Assembly: GCA_026415655.1 (NCBI GenBank)
Contig: JAOAGR010000002.1
Location: 64,094-128,093, forward strand
DNA from: Candidatus Dojkabacteria bacterium
GTDB lineage: Bacteria > Patescibacteriota > Dojkabacteria > JAOAGR01
Direction: 5' to 3'
DNA: 64,000 bases
A program made the translations under genes and the position numbers. The first letter of the stretch is position 1. Each line of letters opens with the position of its first letter. This document shows, one piece after another, positions 9,211 to 19,305 of the stretch. The notes beneath the pieces are model-generated. The model worked only from the letters and a program-made list of their open reading frames with translations, was not told the origin of the DNA and made no database searches.

Positions 9211-10143
9211 TTATTCAATTGATATAAGATATTTTTCTACCTCCAATGCGGCTTTACAACCACTTCCAGCCGCAGTAATAGCTTGTCTATATCTGTGATC
9301 AACTACGTCACCAGCAGCAAATATACCAGGTTTATTAGTAAAAACTTCGTTTTGTGTGACTATGTAGCCTTGTTCATCAGTTTCTAATAAATCTCTGACG
9401 AATTCTGTATTGGGTATATGACCTATTGCTAGAAAAACGCCATCAACTGCTAGTTCTGTTTGGGTATTATCAACTGTTGATTCTAGCACCACCGATCTTA
9501 AAACCTGATCCCCTCTGAACTCTTTTATTGTATTATTCCAGATAATTTCTATCTTGGGATTTTTGAATACCCTATCCTGCATTATTTTGCTTGCTCTAAA
9601 GGCATCACGACGGTGAATGATATAGACTTTTTGAGCCAGTTTTGACAAAAATAGTGCTTCTTCCATGGCTGAGTCACCACCACCAACAACTGCCACCGTT
9701 TTATTTCTATAAAATGCGCCATCACATGTAGCACAGGTAGATACCCCTCGTCCCTTATATTTTTCTTCTGATGGAATCTCTAGCCATCTTGCAGATGCTC
9801 CTGTAGCTATTATCGTTGTCTTTGCAAAAAAAGTTTGGTTTGTATCGGTGATTATTTTTTGTGTCTTAGTAGTTTCGTCATATTCTATTTTAATTACATT
9901 TTCCTCAATGATTTGGCATCCAAATCTTTCTGCCTGTTTTCTCATGTTATCCATTAATTGAGGGCCTAAGATACCTTCAGGAAATCCAGGGAAGTTTTCT
10001 ACTTCGCTTGTAAGCATTAGTTGGCCTCCGCTAATTCTGCCAGATATTAAAATTGGCTCTAGATTTGCTCTAGCTGTATATAGAGCTGCTGTATATCCTG
10101 CGGGACCAGAACCAATAATTATGACGTTTCTAATTCTATTCAT
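9211..10143 (-). CDS. trxB: Thioredoxin-disulfide reductase
   Basis: GSGPAG, CATCDG, GGGDSA and FAAGD motifs. Confidence 0.98.
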   Translation of the reverse strand: MNRIRNVIIIGSGPAGYTAALYTARANLEPILISGRISGGQLMLTSEVENFPGFPEGILGPQLMDNMRKQAERFGCQIIEENVIKIEYDETTKTQKIITDTNQTFFAKTTIIATGASARWLEIPSEEKYKGRGVSTCATCDGAFYRNKTVAVVGGGDSAMEEALFLSKLAQKVYIIHRRDAFRASKIMQDRVFKNPKIEIIWNNTIKEFRGDQVLRSVVLESTVDNTQTELAVDGVFLAIGHIPNTEFVRDLLETDEQGYIVTQNEVFTNKPGIFAAGDVVDHRYRQAITAAGSGCKAALEVEKYLISIE

Positions 10144-10150
10144 CTTATAA

Positions 10151-10681
10151 TTATATAATAATTTCTTTTAATGCGTTTATTATGTCGCTGAATGTTCTTG
10201 TAAATATTTCTCTGTTATACTTACTTAAGACATAGTCTTTACCTGATATAAATTGTTTTTCTATGTTACTACGTCCATCTATACCTATTCGAATAAAGTT
10301 AAATTGATCAGTTTTGCACTTGGCTATGATGTCTTTTATGCCATTATGACTTTTTGGATACTTACCTTTTTGTATTTTAAATTTGCATTCCTCGATATCT
10401 AAATCGTCAAATACTATAAATATATCTTGGACATCAGGTTTATAAAACTGTTTGATTTCACTGACAGCATTTCCTGATAAATTCATATAAGTCTGGGGTT
10501 TTATCAAATATATTTTTTCACCTTTTGTATTAGTATAACTTATGGTTATCGAATTGAAATCATTTTTTATCTGTTTTTCTGATATTTTTGATGCTAGATA
10601 ATCTATAAAATCAAACCCTATATTGTGTCTTGTACCAGTGTATATAGATCCAGGGTTTCCGAGACCAAAGAAAAATTTCAT
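10151..10681 (-). CDS. pth: Peptidyl-tRNA hydrolase
   Basis: GLGNPG..Y..TRHNIGF, KPQTYMNLSG, DDLD and HNG motifs. Confidence 0.97.
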   Translation of the reverse strand: MKFFFGLGNPGSIYTGTRHNIGFDFIDYLASKISEKQIKNDFNSITISYTNTKGEKIYLIKPQTYMNLSGNAVSEIKQFYKPDVQDIFIVFDDLDIEECKFKIQKGKYPKSHNGIKDIIAKCKTDQFNFIRIGIDGRSNIEKQFISGKDYVLSKYNREIFTRTFSDIINALKEIII

Positions 10682-10847
10682 ATCAAAGTATATAAAAATG
10701 GATAAATTATAAACAAGATTGTATAATAAATCATGTTAGATTGGCTAAACAAAATATCAGATAATGAGTTAATATCATATGGAATTTTAGTTATATATTC
10801 TGTTTTTTTTGTTTTTCTTTGTCTTTCTACTCTATTTTGAATTCTAT

Positions 10848-10924
10848 GCATCCGTAGCTCAGTTGGATAGAGCACAACTTTGCGGAAGTTGGGGTCAGAG
10901 GTTCGAGTCCTCTCGGATGCGCCA
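10848..10924 (+). tRNA. tRNA-Arg (anticodon GCG)
   Basis: Acceptor stem GCATCCG/CGGATGC followed by GCCA; anticodon arm CAACT-TTGCGGA-AGTTG; GTTCGAGTC. Confidence 0.95.
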
Positions 10925-11531
10925 AGTAAATTTATAAATAGATTAGTTTTGTACTAGATTATTTTTCAAAGTCTTGAATAGATATATACATTTAAGTCAG
11001 GTAATTTACCGTATAAAGCTATTATAGAGATGATGTACTTTTGGGAAAGAAAATATTTATGTATATAGGTGATATGTTTTCATATTAATGCATGATGTTT
11101 TTCTCAATATATTTCGAAAATTACTTAGACAACCAATAAATGTTGATAATATTAGGATTATCCAATTATTACTAAATGAGTATGTTAATACCAAAGTAAA
11201 AGGATAGGATCCAAACATGGCACTGTCGATGGGATTGCAGTTGATTTAGTTAGAGATTTTTGAAAAAGTGTTTATTGGAATTGGTTCAGATAATAACATC
11301 GGTTCGAAAAGGCTCGATAATCTATGATTAGAAACAGTAAAAGCTTATAAAAATGGATTATTACAAATAATCGCATTTTAGATAACAATTATATTGTACA
11401 GTTTTGATAAAAATGTTCTTATAAAATTGTATGTGTAACTGTATTGAAAAGCTTACTAAATGATTTACAGTAGATGAAAAGTGTGAGTTTATTTGAATTT
11501 ATTTTTTTTGGATATAATTTTAAAAATATGA

Positions 11532-12851
11532 TTGATCGTGGAAAAGACAGAATCAAAAGTAGGTAACTCACACCGAGGAAATGACGGAAGAGGAGGAATA
11601 TATAGTGTGGTTACTCCATTAAAACGTGTAGCACAGAGAATAACAAATTTTGTTTTATGTGCTCTTATTGGCTTATCCCCTATACATACTCCTGATGGAC
11701 TTCATGAACAGCCGGAAACGTCTGAACAGTATCTGTGTATACGAAATCCCTATTATAGTTATTTTGCGTATAATAGATTGGATCCCAGTCGACGATTTGG
11801 TGATACGGGGGAAATAGCGCAGTTTTCTCCACGTGATCAATATTTTAAAGCTGTTGCCGTAGTATGTGGTGTTATATTTTATGCAGTCATGCCAGACAAT
11901 CATAGTCTTGAAGAGTTAGAGGAAATGACATTGAGCTTCATGGAATCATTACCTTCTTCATTACGTAAAATAGCTTCAAGGGGAGAAAATATTTTTACAG
12001 ATTATGCCTCTACTAGGAGGTATGTTGGATTTCATAACGGTGGAGAAAATTACATTTATGTTTACGGAAAAGACTTTGTGGATAAAGCATCTGTGTTTGC
12101 AATTTTTGCTCACGAATTAGCTCATAGACTTCAAGAAACTAATGCAAGTACTCTTCAAGATTATAACAATCGAATGATAACTTATATGCAGGGATTAAAT
12201 TTAAATGGTGAGGAATATAGGGTCAGAGCTGGTCCTTATGTCCCGATTATTGATGCTGAATCGTACTATAAAGATTATTCCTTTCCAGAACAAACCGTCA
12301 ACCTCGAATTTGGCCCATATCTTATCCAAAATATGGCATACGCGATGTACCAGATTTTACAAACGAAGGAAGAAGGTATAAGTCAAGATGAGATCAAACG
12401 CGAAATAAGTAACGCTATGAGGAAGATTGCTGTCGATATCGTTTTTGGTGAATCGGGGGATTACAATAGAAAATTATCATCGTTACTTGCTATAATTGAG
12501 GCAGAAGAGTGGTTCAAAAATGAGGAAGAACCGGGGTGGAGACATGCATTTAATGCCTTGCGAAGAGGGATAATAGGAAACATTGTTATAGCATATCTGA
12601 ACGACGAGAAGAGTTGGAAACCGTACATTGAAGGTTTACGTAATACATTTCCGGACGTGTATGAAGGGCTAAAATCTGTGATTAGTCGTGCTGAAAATAG
12701 TGAGCAAAGGAGACCGCTGTTCAAACATGGACCTGATGCTCATGTCAGAAGAGATTATTATATGCCTCAGGCAGCTATGCAACGCCGAAATACCCGAATT
12801 ACGGAACTTCAGGGCGATAGAGGGTCACACAAATATACGAGTAGAGGGTAA
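11532..12851 (+). CDS. Hypothetical protein with HExxH zincin motif and N-terminal hydrophobic segment
   Basis: FAHELAHRLQE; FVLCALIGL hydrophobic stretch; start may be GTG 11538. Confidence 0.7.
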   Translation: MIVEKTESKVGNSHRGNDGRGGIYSVVTPLKRVAQRITNFVLCALIGLSPIHTPDGLHEQPETSEQYLCIRNPYYSYFAYNRLDPSRRFGDTGEIAQFSPRDQYFKAVAVVCGVIFYAVMPDNHSLEELEEMTLSFMESLPSSLRKIASRGENIFTDYASTRRYVGFHNGGENYIYVYGKDFVDKASVFAIFAHELAHRLQETNASTLQDYNNRMITYMQGLNLNGEEYRVRAGPYVPIIDAESYYKDYSFPEQTVNLEFGPYLIQNMAYAMYQILQTKEEGISQDEIKREISNAMRKIAVDIVFGESGDYNRKLSSLLAIIEAEEWFKNEEEPGWRHAFNALRRGIIGNIVIAYLNDEKSWKPYIEGLRNTFPDVYEGLKSVISRAENSEQRRPLFKHGPDAHVRRDYYMPQAAMQRRNTRITELQGDRGSHKYTSRG

Positions 12852-13205
12852 ATTTTAATAAGGTATTAGTCACATTAATTTCAGATAATCTGAATAGTTG
12901 TTGATTACTAATTTGAAGATACAAATATCACAAGACTATAGAGATATACTAGAGCCTTGAACATAGAAGAGTCAAAAGGGAGGGTATCAAAATACAACAA
13001 GAAAGTACGAGTATTACGGCATGAGGGTGCAGCATCAATACTGCAGATACGAAAGATACAGATGGTGTAGGTTGTAGCTGATAATTATAAGGATCAGCTG
13101 GTGATCGGATGATAGCTAATAAAAGATAGACGTTATAAGGAGCAATTTAATCAACGATACAGATATATAGACATCGTTATTAATATGTGATATAATTACT
13201 ATACC

Positions 13206-13589
13206 ATGACAGGAGCAAATACAGCATTCGGATTAAATTTGGAACTCGATAGTAGCCGTGCTGATACAGATGATAAGTATATAAGGCTACCAGATCTTTT
13301 GTATATTTTATTTGCAAGCTGTGTCGCTTCGGGTAATGGAGGTCCAACACTTTCTGATAACCCTTTCTATAGGGTGAATTCATGTGTTGAGGATGCCTTC
13401 AGAAATGGTGATTTTTGCCGTCGTTATCCTGATATAATGAGACCGGAAAGCATGCCCGTTGGGGCATTACTGGATGCCCTATCGGGTTTGGTATCAAGGC
13501 TCCGTCTCTCCTCACATCTCTTGATGCAAGGTGACATACAGGGAGTAGATAGTACTCCTTCAAGACAGAGGAGATCGAGCCGCACATGA
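13206..13589 (+). CDS. Hypothetical protein with Arg-rich C-terminus
   Basis: 127-aa ORF preceded by TATAAT at 13191-13196; short hydrophobic segment LLYILFASC. Confidence 0.55.
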   Translation: MTGANTAFGLNLELDSSRADTDDKYIRLPDLLYILFASCVASGNGGPTLSDNPFYRVNSCVEDAFRNGDFCRRYPDIMRPESMPVGALLDALSGLVSRLRLSSHLLMQGDIQGVDSTPSRQRRSSRT

Positions 13590-13841
13590 GATGTTAGAAA
13601 TAACAGAAATGGTAGAACCTCTTTTATTTAAGTAAGAATTTGGTTCTAGTGCACACATACCACATGACCATGTGCATCAAACGGAGACAAAATACTCAAG
13701 TGATTAAGTATAGGTGCATCAACTAGCTAGGAATAAGCATATAAGCGTAAAGAGTGAATGTCTATCAATGTACTCAACATATTCTTCTCAAATCTTTATT
13801 TCTATTGTATACTCACGCAAGTAATATAATAAATACTCATT

Positions 13842-14186
13842 ATGAATACATTAGTGATATCAAAAGTAGAAGAGCCAAGATATAGACATAAGGATGTAGA
13901 CTTTAGAGTAGGAGATACTTTGAGACTAGGATTGAAAGTTAAAGATTCAAAGGAGGGAGAAAGAATACAGTACTTTCAGGGCATTTTGATTAGAGTATCT
14001 GGTTCAGGGCTTAGACAGACTCTTACAGTACGTAAAATCGGTGCCAATAGTATAGGTGTGGAAAAAATTATTCCACTACATTCACCAGTGCTTGATAGTA
14101 TAGAGGTTGTCAAGAGGTCCAAGGTTCGACGAGCTAGATTATATTATATGCGTGATAGAGTAGGTAAAAGTGCCTTAAACGTCTAA
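13842..14186 (+). CDS. rplS: 50S ribosomal protein L19
   Basis: FRVGDT, ERIQYFQG, TVRKI..IGVEKI.P.HSP and KVRRARLYYMR motifs. Confidence 0.98.
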   Translation: MNTLVISKVEEPRYRHKDVDFRVGDTLRLGLKVKDSKEGERIQYFQGILIRVSGSGLRQTLTVRKIGANSIGVEKIIPLHSPVLDSIEVVKRSKVRRARLYYMRDRVGKSALNV

Positions 14187-14223
14187 GCACTGTTTATTCA
14201 CTGACAATTTTGTATAATTTTTT

Positions 14224-15510
14224 ATGTTTTTTTTGTATGTTATTCGATCTGTTGTTTTCATATTACGTAAATTCAAAATAACCTCTTCAACAGCTTTTCC
14301 TGGTCTTTTAGTGGAAAAATATTTTCCTCATTTGGTGCCTGTTTTATTAAACAAGTTGAAAGATGTGATCGTTATCACAGGTACAAATGGAAAGACAACA
14401 GTTGCTAGTGCTATACATTATATTCTTGAAAATAGTGGGAAAAAATGTTTCATCAATGCTAGTGGCTCAAACATGCTGAGGGGTATTCTTTCTCATATCA
14501 TAATTAATCTTGATAATAAGCTAAATCTTGAGCATGATTATTCTATTTTAGAGCTTGAAGAGGCTACTTTTCCTAAATTAGTGAAATATATAAAACCTAA
14601 ATTAGTGATTGTTACAAATATTTTTCGTGATCAGCTAGATGCATATGGAGAGATAGATAAGACTTTTGCTTATATCAAGGACGGAATTGAAAATTCTAAT
14701 AATCCCACTGTTATATTAAACGCTTCTGATCAGAGACTTGTTCATCTGTACAAGTGTTCGAATCGAGTCATTTCCGTATCTGTGTCAGAAGAGGTTAAGA
14801 AATATTTATTTTTAGAGAGGTATTATGAAAAACCTCAAGAGTTAGATATTCATCCTGATGTTTTTATCCATAATATTGAACAAAAAGATATTGATCATAC
14901 ATTGATCACATTTGAATATAAAAATGAAAAATATGATCTAGAGACTAGCATTCTGGGTTTACATAACGCAATAAATCTGATTTTTGCCTGGTTGGCAGTT
15001 GTACATCTATTAGGTTTTAATGATACCGACAATAAAAGATTTTTAGATATCTTGGGGGATTTCAAGCCTGCTTTTGGTCGTGGTGAGAAAATAAATATTT
15101 CTAATACTGAATTTATCCTAATGCTTGTAAAAAATCCTGCTGGCATGAATATGAATCTCTATTCCTTATCTGATATTATTTCCGCAAATGATGCAATTTT
15201 GTTTATTTTAAATGATAATATAGCTGATGGACGTGACGTATCTTGGATATGGGATTGTGATTTTAATATTGTCAATCGTTTTCAGAACAATGTAATTTTG
15301 GTATCAGGGATTAGAAAAGATGATATAGCACTTAGGATTAGCTATGAAGTAAAAGACAAAGAAATAAAAGTCTTTGATGATTATGAAAAAATATTTGATC
15401 ATATTATGCAAAAAGAATATAAAAGAGTCTTTGTATTGCCAACATATACTGCAATGCTCAGTGTTAGAAAATTTTTATATAGTAAATTAGGTATAAAACA
15501 AAATTTATAA
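14224..15510 (+). CDS. murT: Lipid II isoglutaminyl synthase subunit MurT (Mur ligase + DUF1727)
   Basis: ITGTNGKTT, NIFRDQLDAYGE, LVKNPAG, DNIADGRDVSWIWD and PTYTAML motifs. Confidence 0.93.
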   Translation: MFFLYVIRSVVFILRKFKITSSTAFPGLLVEKYFPHLVPVLLNKLKDVIVITGTNGKTTVASAIHYILENSGKKCFINASGSNMLRGILSHIIINLDNKLNLEHDYSILELEEATFPKLVKYIKPKLVIVTNIFRDQLDAYGEIDKTFAYIKDGIENSNNPTVILNASDQRLVHLYKCSNRVISVSVSEEVKKYLFLERYYEKPQELDIHPDVFIHNIEQKDIDHTLITFEYKNEKYDLETSILGLHNAINLIFAWLAVVHLLGFNDTDNKRFLDILGDFKPAFGRGEKINISNTEFILMLVKNPAGMNMNLYSLSDIISANDAILFILNDNIADGRDVSWIWDCDFNIVNRFQNNVILVSGIRKDDIALRISYEVKDKEIKVFDDYEKIFDHIMQKEYKRVFVLPTYTAMLSVRKFLYSKLGIKQNL

Positions 15511-15514
15511 CACT

Positions 15515-16291
15515 ATGAAAAAGATAAGGATTAATCATCTGTATTCTCAGTCAATGAACATTTATGGTGATATAGGTAATATTAAAGCTCTCTTACACAT
15601 CCTGGATTTACATAACATCCCTTTTGAGATATTTTCAACGGAAATTGGAGATAATAAAGTAAAAGAGGCAGATATATATTTTTTAGGTGGGGGACAAGAC
15701 AAAGACCAATATAGTGTATTTAAAGATCTATTAAGACATAAATCTTTTATATCTGATGAGGTCAAAAAAGATAAGGTGTTTTTACTTATTTGTGGTGGTT
15801 ATCAACTCTTTGGAAAATTTTTTTTAGATGCTGAGGGAAATTTTATTGAAGGGTTGGGTATTTTAGATATCGAGACAAAAGCACCAGATAATAAAGTGAC
15901 ATCAAGATGCATTGGTAATATAGTAGTAAAATTAAATCCTGATTTTATTCAGAGATTTGATATAGATACTTCATTTTCAGATTATATAGTAGGTTTTGAA
16001 AATCATGGCGGACAAACATTTTTCAAAAATGATTCGTTGATTTTTTTAGGTGATGTTATACAAGGATTTGGTAATAACAGTTTTGAAAAAAAAGAAGGAT
16101 GCAATTATAAAGGAATAATAGGTACTTATATGCATGGGTCATTCTTGCCAAAAAATCCTCATATAACCTATGGAATCATCAACCGTGCATTACATAATCA
16201 AAATATCAATGCCATAAAAATGGATAAAACAAAACTAATTTACGAATCAAAAGCTCATAAATACATCCTTAATAAATACCAGATTGTTTAG
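15515..16291 (+). CDS. gatD: Lipid II isoglutaminyl synthase subunit GatD (CobQ-like glutamine amidotransferase)
   Basis: MNIYGDIGN, GGGQD, ICGGYQL, GFENHGG and TYMHGSFLPKNP motifs; adjacent to murT. Confidence 0.93.
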   Translation: MKKIRINHLYSQSMNIYGDIGNIKALLHILDLHNIPFEIFSTEIGDNKVKEADIYFLGGGQDKDQYSVFKDLLRHKSFISDEVKKDKVFLLICGGYQLFGKFFLDAEGNFIEGLGILDIETKAPDNKVTSRCIGNIVVKLNPDFIQRFDIDTSFSDYIVGFENHGGQTFFKNDSLIFLGDVIQGFGNNSFEKKEGCNYKGIIGTYMHGSFLPKNPHITYGIINRALHNQNINAIKMDKTKLIYESKAHKYILNKYQIV

Positions 16292-16300
16292 GTTATTATT

Positions 16301-16885
16301 TTATTCTACAAGATGTGAATATTCTTTTTCGTATCTTTCAGCACATTCAGCTAATATTTTTCTTGCTTCTTCTACACCGACAAATCCTTTGCTTACACAA
16401 GTACCTGGCTTTTTTAAATCTTTATAATGTTCCCAATAATATTCAGATTCTTTAATGAAATGTTCACCTAAATCTTCGATACTTTGGATATGATCTACTC
16501 TTTTATCATCATTTAAAACAGCAATTATTTTGTCGTCCACTTCTCCTCCATCTTCAAATCTCATTGCACCGATTATTCTTGCCTCCACTAGTGCTCCCGG
16601 TACGATTGGTTCGGTAACCTCAACAATCATGATATCAAGTGGATCACCATCTAGATCTAATGTTCTTGGTATAGCTCCATAAGTAAATGGATACGCAAGT
16701 GAAGAATATCCAACTCTATCAAGTTTTAGCTGGCCAGATTCTGTGATAATTTCGTATTTGTTTATAGTGCCTTGTTGTATTTCTACTATAGCGTTTACTA
16801 CTCCTGATTCTTCATCAGCATATGGTGATAATACGTGTAAAAGATTTAACTGATATTTTGAAGGTTTGTGGTTTATGTTCGCCAT
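16301..16885 (-). CDS. ppa: Family I inorganic pyrophosphatase
   Basis: NKYE, LDR, YPFTYG.IP.T..DGDPLD and DDKIIAV motifs. Confidence 0.97.
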   Translation of the reverse strand: MANINHKPSKYQLNLLHVLSPYADEESGVVNAIVEIQQGTINKYEIITESGQLKLDRVGYSSLAYPFTYGAIPRTLDLDGDPLDIMIVEVTEPIVPGALVEARIIGAMRFEDGGEVDDKIIAVLNDDKRVDHIQSIEDLGEHFIKESEYYWEHYKDLKKPGTCVSKGFVGVEEARKILAECAERYEKEYSHLVE

Positions 16886-16950
16886 AATCGTTGAAATTAT
16901 ATAAATCTATAAAAATAAAGTAAATATTTGATATTACATTATTATGAGTT

Positions 16951-17451
16951 TTATCTATATATTCTAAAGATATCTTGCGAATTTATATTTAAAATGGCTT
17001 TATTTGTTTCCAAAAACGATATTTCAATGTTCTTTTTAACGATTTGTTTTGTAGTTTCTTCAAATGATTTTTTATAGTTGTCTTTAAAATCTTCTATTTC
17101 TTTAGGACATGTATTATTTTTACACCTAGGTGATTGTATCGATATCAATTCATAGTTATCAACAATTCCATATACTCTTAATCTATCCTTAAACGTAATA
17201 GAGAAAGAAATTCTTTCGTGTATTTTGACGTTATCTTTGAGATTTATAAATTTGTCGATAGTAGATTTATTAATAATAATCTCTATAGATTCGATACCTG
17301 CATTTTTAGTTTCTTCATTAAGTTCAATCTGCCATTTACCAATGTAAAAATTTGTATCTAAATACAGAAATAATGTAATAATGACTAATACAAAGGATAT
17401 TATAGATCCAAATATTATTTGTATTTTGTATTTTAATATTTTATCAAGCAT
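16951..17451 (-). CDS. Hypothetical membrane-anchored protein
   Basis: 166-aa ORF with an N-terminal TM helix. Confidence 0.7.
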   Translation of the reverse strand: MLDKILKYKIQIIFGSIISFVLVIITLFLYLDTNFYIGKWQIELNEETKNAGIESIEIIINKSTIDKFINLKDNVKIHERISFSITFKDRLRVYGIVDNYELISIQSPRCKNNTCPKEIEDFKDNYKKSFEETTKQIVKKNIEISFLETNKAILNINSQDIFRIYR

Positions 17452-17460
17452 AATTTCCTT

Positions 17461-18153
17461 ATGGTTTTTAAAATATTAACAATTTTTCCCGAGTTTTATG
17501 AGAGTGTCTTAAAAACTTCTTTACTTGGGAAAAGTATTCAAAAAGGGATTATCAAAATAGAGATCTATAATCTGCGAAGTTGGTCTACTGATAGATCAAT
17601 ACATAAAAAAGTCGATGATAGACCTTATGGTGGTGGTCCAGGGATGATAATGATGATAGAACCTGTTTATAGAGCTCTTAAAGATATACAAAATCAGGAT
17701 CTTAAAAAACAAAAAAAAAGCTGTGTCATAATATTCTCTCCAAAAGGACAGGAGTACAATCAGACCTTTGCATATCATCTAAAAGATAAATATGACGAGA
17801 TAATAATGGTATGTCCACATTATGAAGGATTTGATGAGAGGATTATGTATTTTGCTGACTATGAGATTTCTATAGGAAAATATGTCCTCAGTGGAGGAGA
17901 TATACCTGCTTTGGTTGTTTTAGATAGTGTAGCGAGACTTATACCTGGATTTATGAAAAATCCGGAGTCAATCGTGGATGAATCTTATTCTATAGGGCAG
18001 GGTGAAGATGATTTGACAGAGTATCCCCAATATACTCGTCCTGCAATATTTAGATTAGATGATGGTACTGAGTTAAAAGTACCTGAAATATTACTATCTG
18101 GTGATCATGAAAGAATTAAAAAATGGCGTGAAGGACAAAAAAAGAAGATATAA
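17461..18153 (+). CDS. trmD: tRNA (guanine37-N1)-methyltransferase
   Basis: LTIFPE, VDDRPYGGGPGM, YEGFDER, SIGKYVLSGG and EYPQYTRP motifs. Confidence 0.98.
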   Translation: MVFKILTIFPEFYESVLKTSLLGKSIQKGIIKIEIYNLRSWSTDRSIHKKVDDRPYGGGPGMIMMIEPVYRALKDIQNQDLKKQKKSCVIIFSPKGQEYNQTFAYHLKDKYDEIIMVCPHYEGFDERIMYFADYEISIGKYVLSGGDIPALVVLDSVARLIPGFMKNPESIVDESYSIGQGEDDLTEYPQYTRPAIFRLDDGTELKVPEILLSGDHERIKKWREGQKKKI

Positions 18154-18207
18154 TGTCATGATTAGTTGTAATAATGGTGACATACTGATTATAATTGATT
18201 CGCTTTT

Positions 18208-19305
18208 ATGGAGTTGATGGAAGAATCTAAAAAGATTGATTTAACTGATGCACAATTAAGCATTTTAAACTTAAATGATGTAATAAATTACATTTTAGGC
18301 AAAAAAGATTACATTATTAATTATGAACGTAATTTGATATCTAAATCAGAAGAAGATGTAGAAAGAGAATTAAGTTTGTTAGAGTCTTTAAGCTATTTAC
18401 ACAATGAATTTTCACATTTAAGAGATAAAACTGTCGTTATTATACCGCCAAAATATGAGCTTTGGGTTTATCTCTGTTTCTCTTTTGTTTTGTTATTTAG
18501 TGGTCTAAAAGTTGTATTTGTATATCACGATTGGGCTTCAGAAGTGATAAAAGGAATTTTTATTGCTGTTGGTGATAAAAACGTAATTTTTAACAATCTC
18601 CAATATGTTCACATCGACAATGTCAAAGATCAAAGTTGGTCTGATCATATAATCTTAAACTTTTACGATGATATTGATAACATAAATAAGAATGTTCCTA
18701 ATTTCTCCACAGGGGTAATATGTCATGATGTAGATTTAGATTATACAATAAATTATGTTTTATCTAGTGTTAAATATTTTGCAGGATTATCAAAAAGTAG
18801 TTTAAAAAGGCTGATTGTCAATTCTAGTATTTATGATGAATTTTTATCTAGAATGAGATCTAAATTCAATCTGCTTACTGGTAGTGTAAAGTCTAAAGTT
18901 ATTTCAAAAAATTTTAAGGATACTATTAATGAATTATATTCAAGTGCAATAGCTGATGGCGCAGATATACTTATAGGAGGAAATATCTACTCGGATGATT
19001 TAGAGATGACAGTATTTACTGATGTAAATATGGATATGCGGATCTATCAAAAAGATTTCTTTGGACCGTTTTTATTGATATTAAAAACAGAAAGCACAGA
19101 CTCTGATATCGAATCACTACTTAGTTTACAACCATCAGATGGTATTCTTCTTTTTACCAAAGATACTTGTAGTTTTGTAGATAATTTACCCGATCAACAA
19201 AACAAGTATAAATTCCTAAAAAGACCAAATAAATTTGATCTGCCATTACATGATCTTTTAGATGCCTATCCTTCTTTGGAATATGCTCTGAAACTTATTT
19301 CTTGA
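18208..19305 (+). CDS. Aldehyde dehydrogenase-fold protein, degenerate (catalytic Cys absent)
   Basis: DVDLDY, FAGLSKSSLKRLIVNSSIYDEF, AIADGADILIGG, TVFTDV..DMRIYQKDFFGP. Confidence 0.75.
   Translation: MELMEESKKIDLTDAQLSILNLNDVINYILGKKDYIINYERNLISKSEEDVERELSLLESLSYLHNEFSHLRDKTVVIIPPKYELWVYLCFSFVLLFSGLKVVFVYHDWASEVIKGIFIAVGDKNVIFNNLQYVHIDNVKDQSWSDHIILNFYDDIDNINKNVPNFSTGVICHDVDLDYTINYVLSSVKYFAGLSKSSLKRLIVNSSIYDEFLSRMRSKFNLLTGSVKSKVISKNFKDTINELYSSAIADGADILIGGNIYSDDLEMTVFTDVNMDMRIYQKDFFGPFLLILKTESTDSDIESLLSLQPSDGILLFTKDTCSFVDNLPDQQNKYKFLKRPNKFDLPLHDLLDAYPSLEYALKLIS

Noticed and set aside
10678-10875. 65-aa ORF upstream of pth
   Set aside because: Overlaps tRNA-Arg(GCG) on the opposite strand; low complexity
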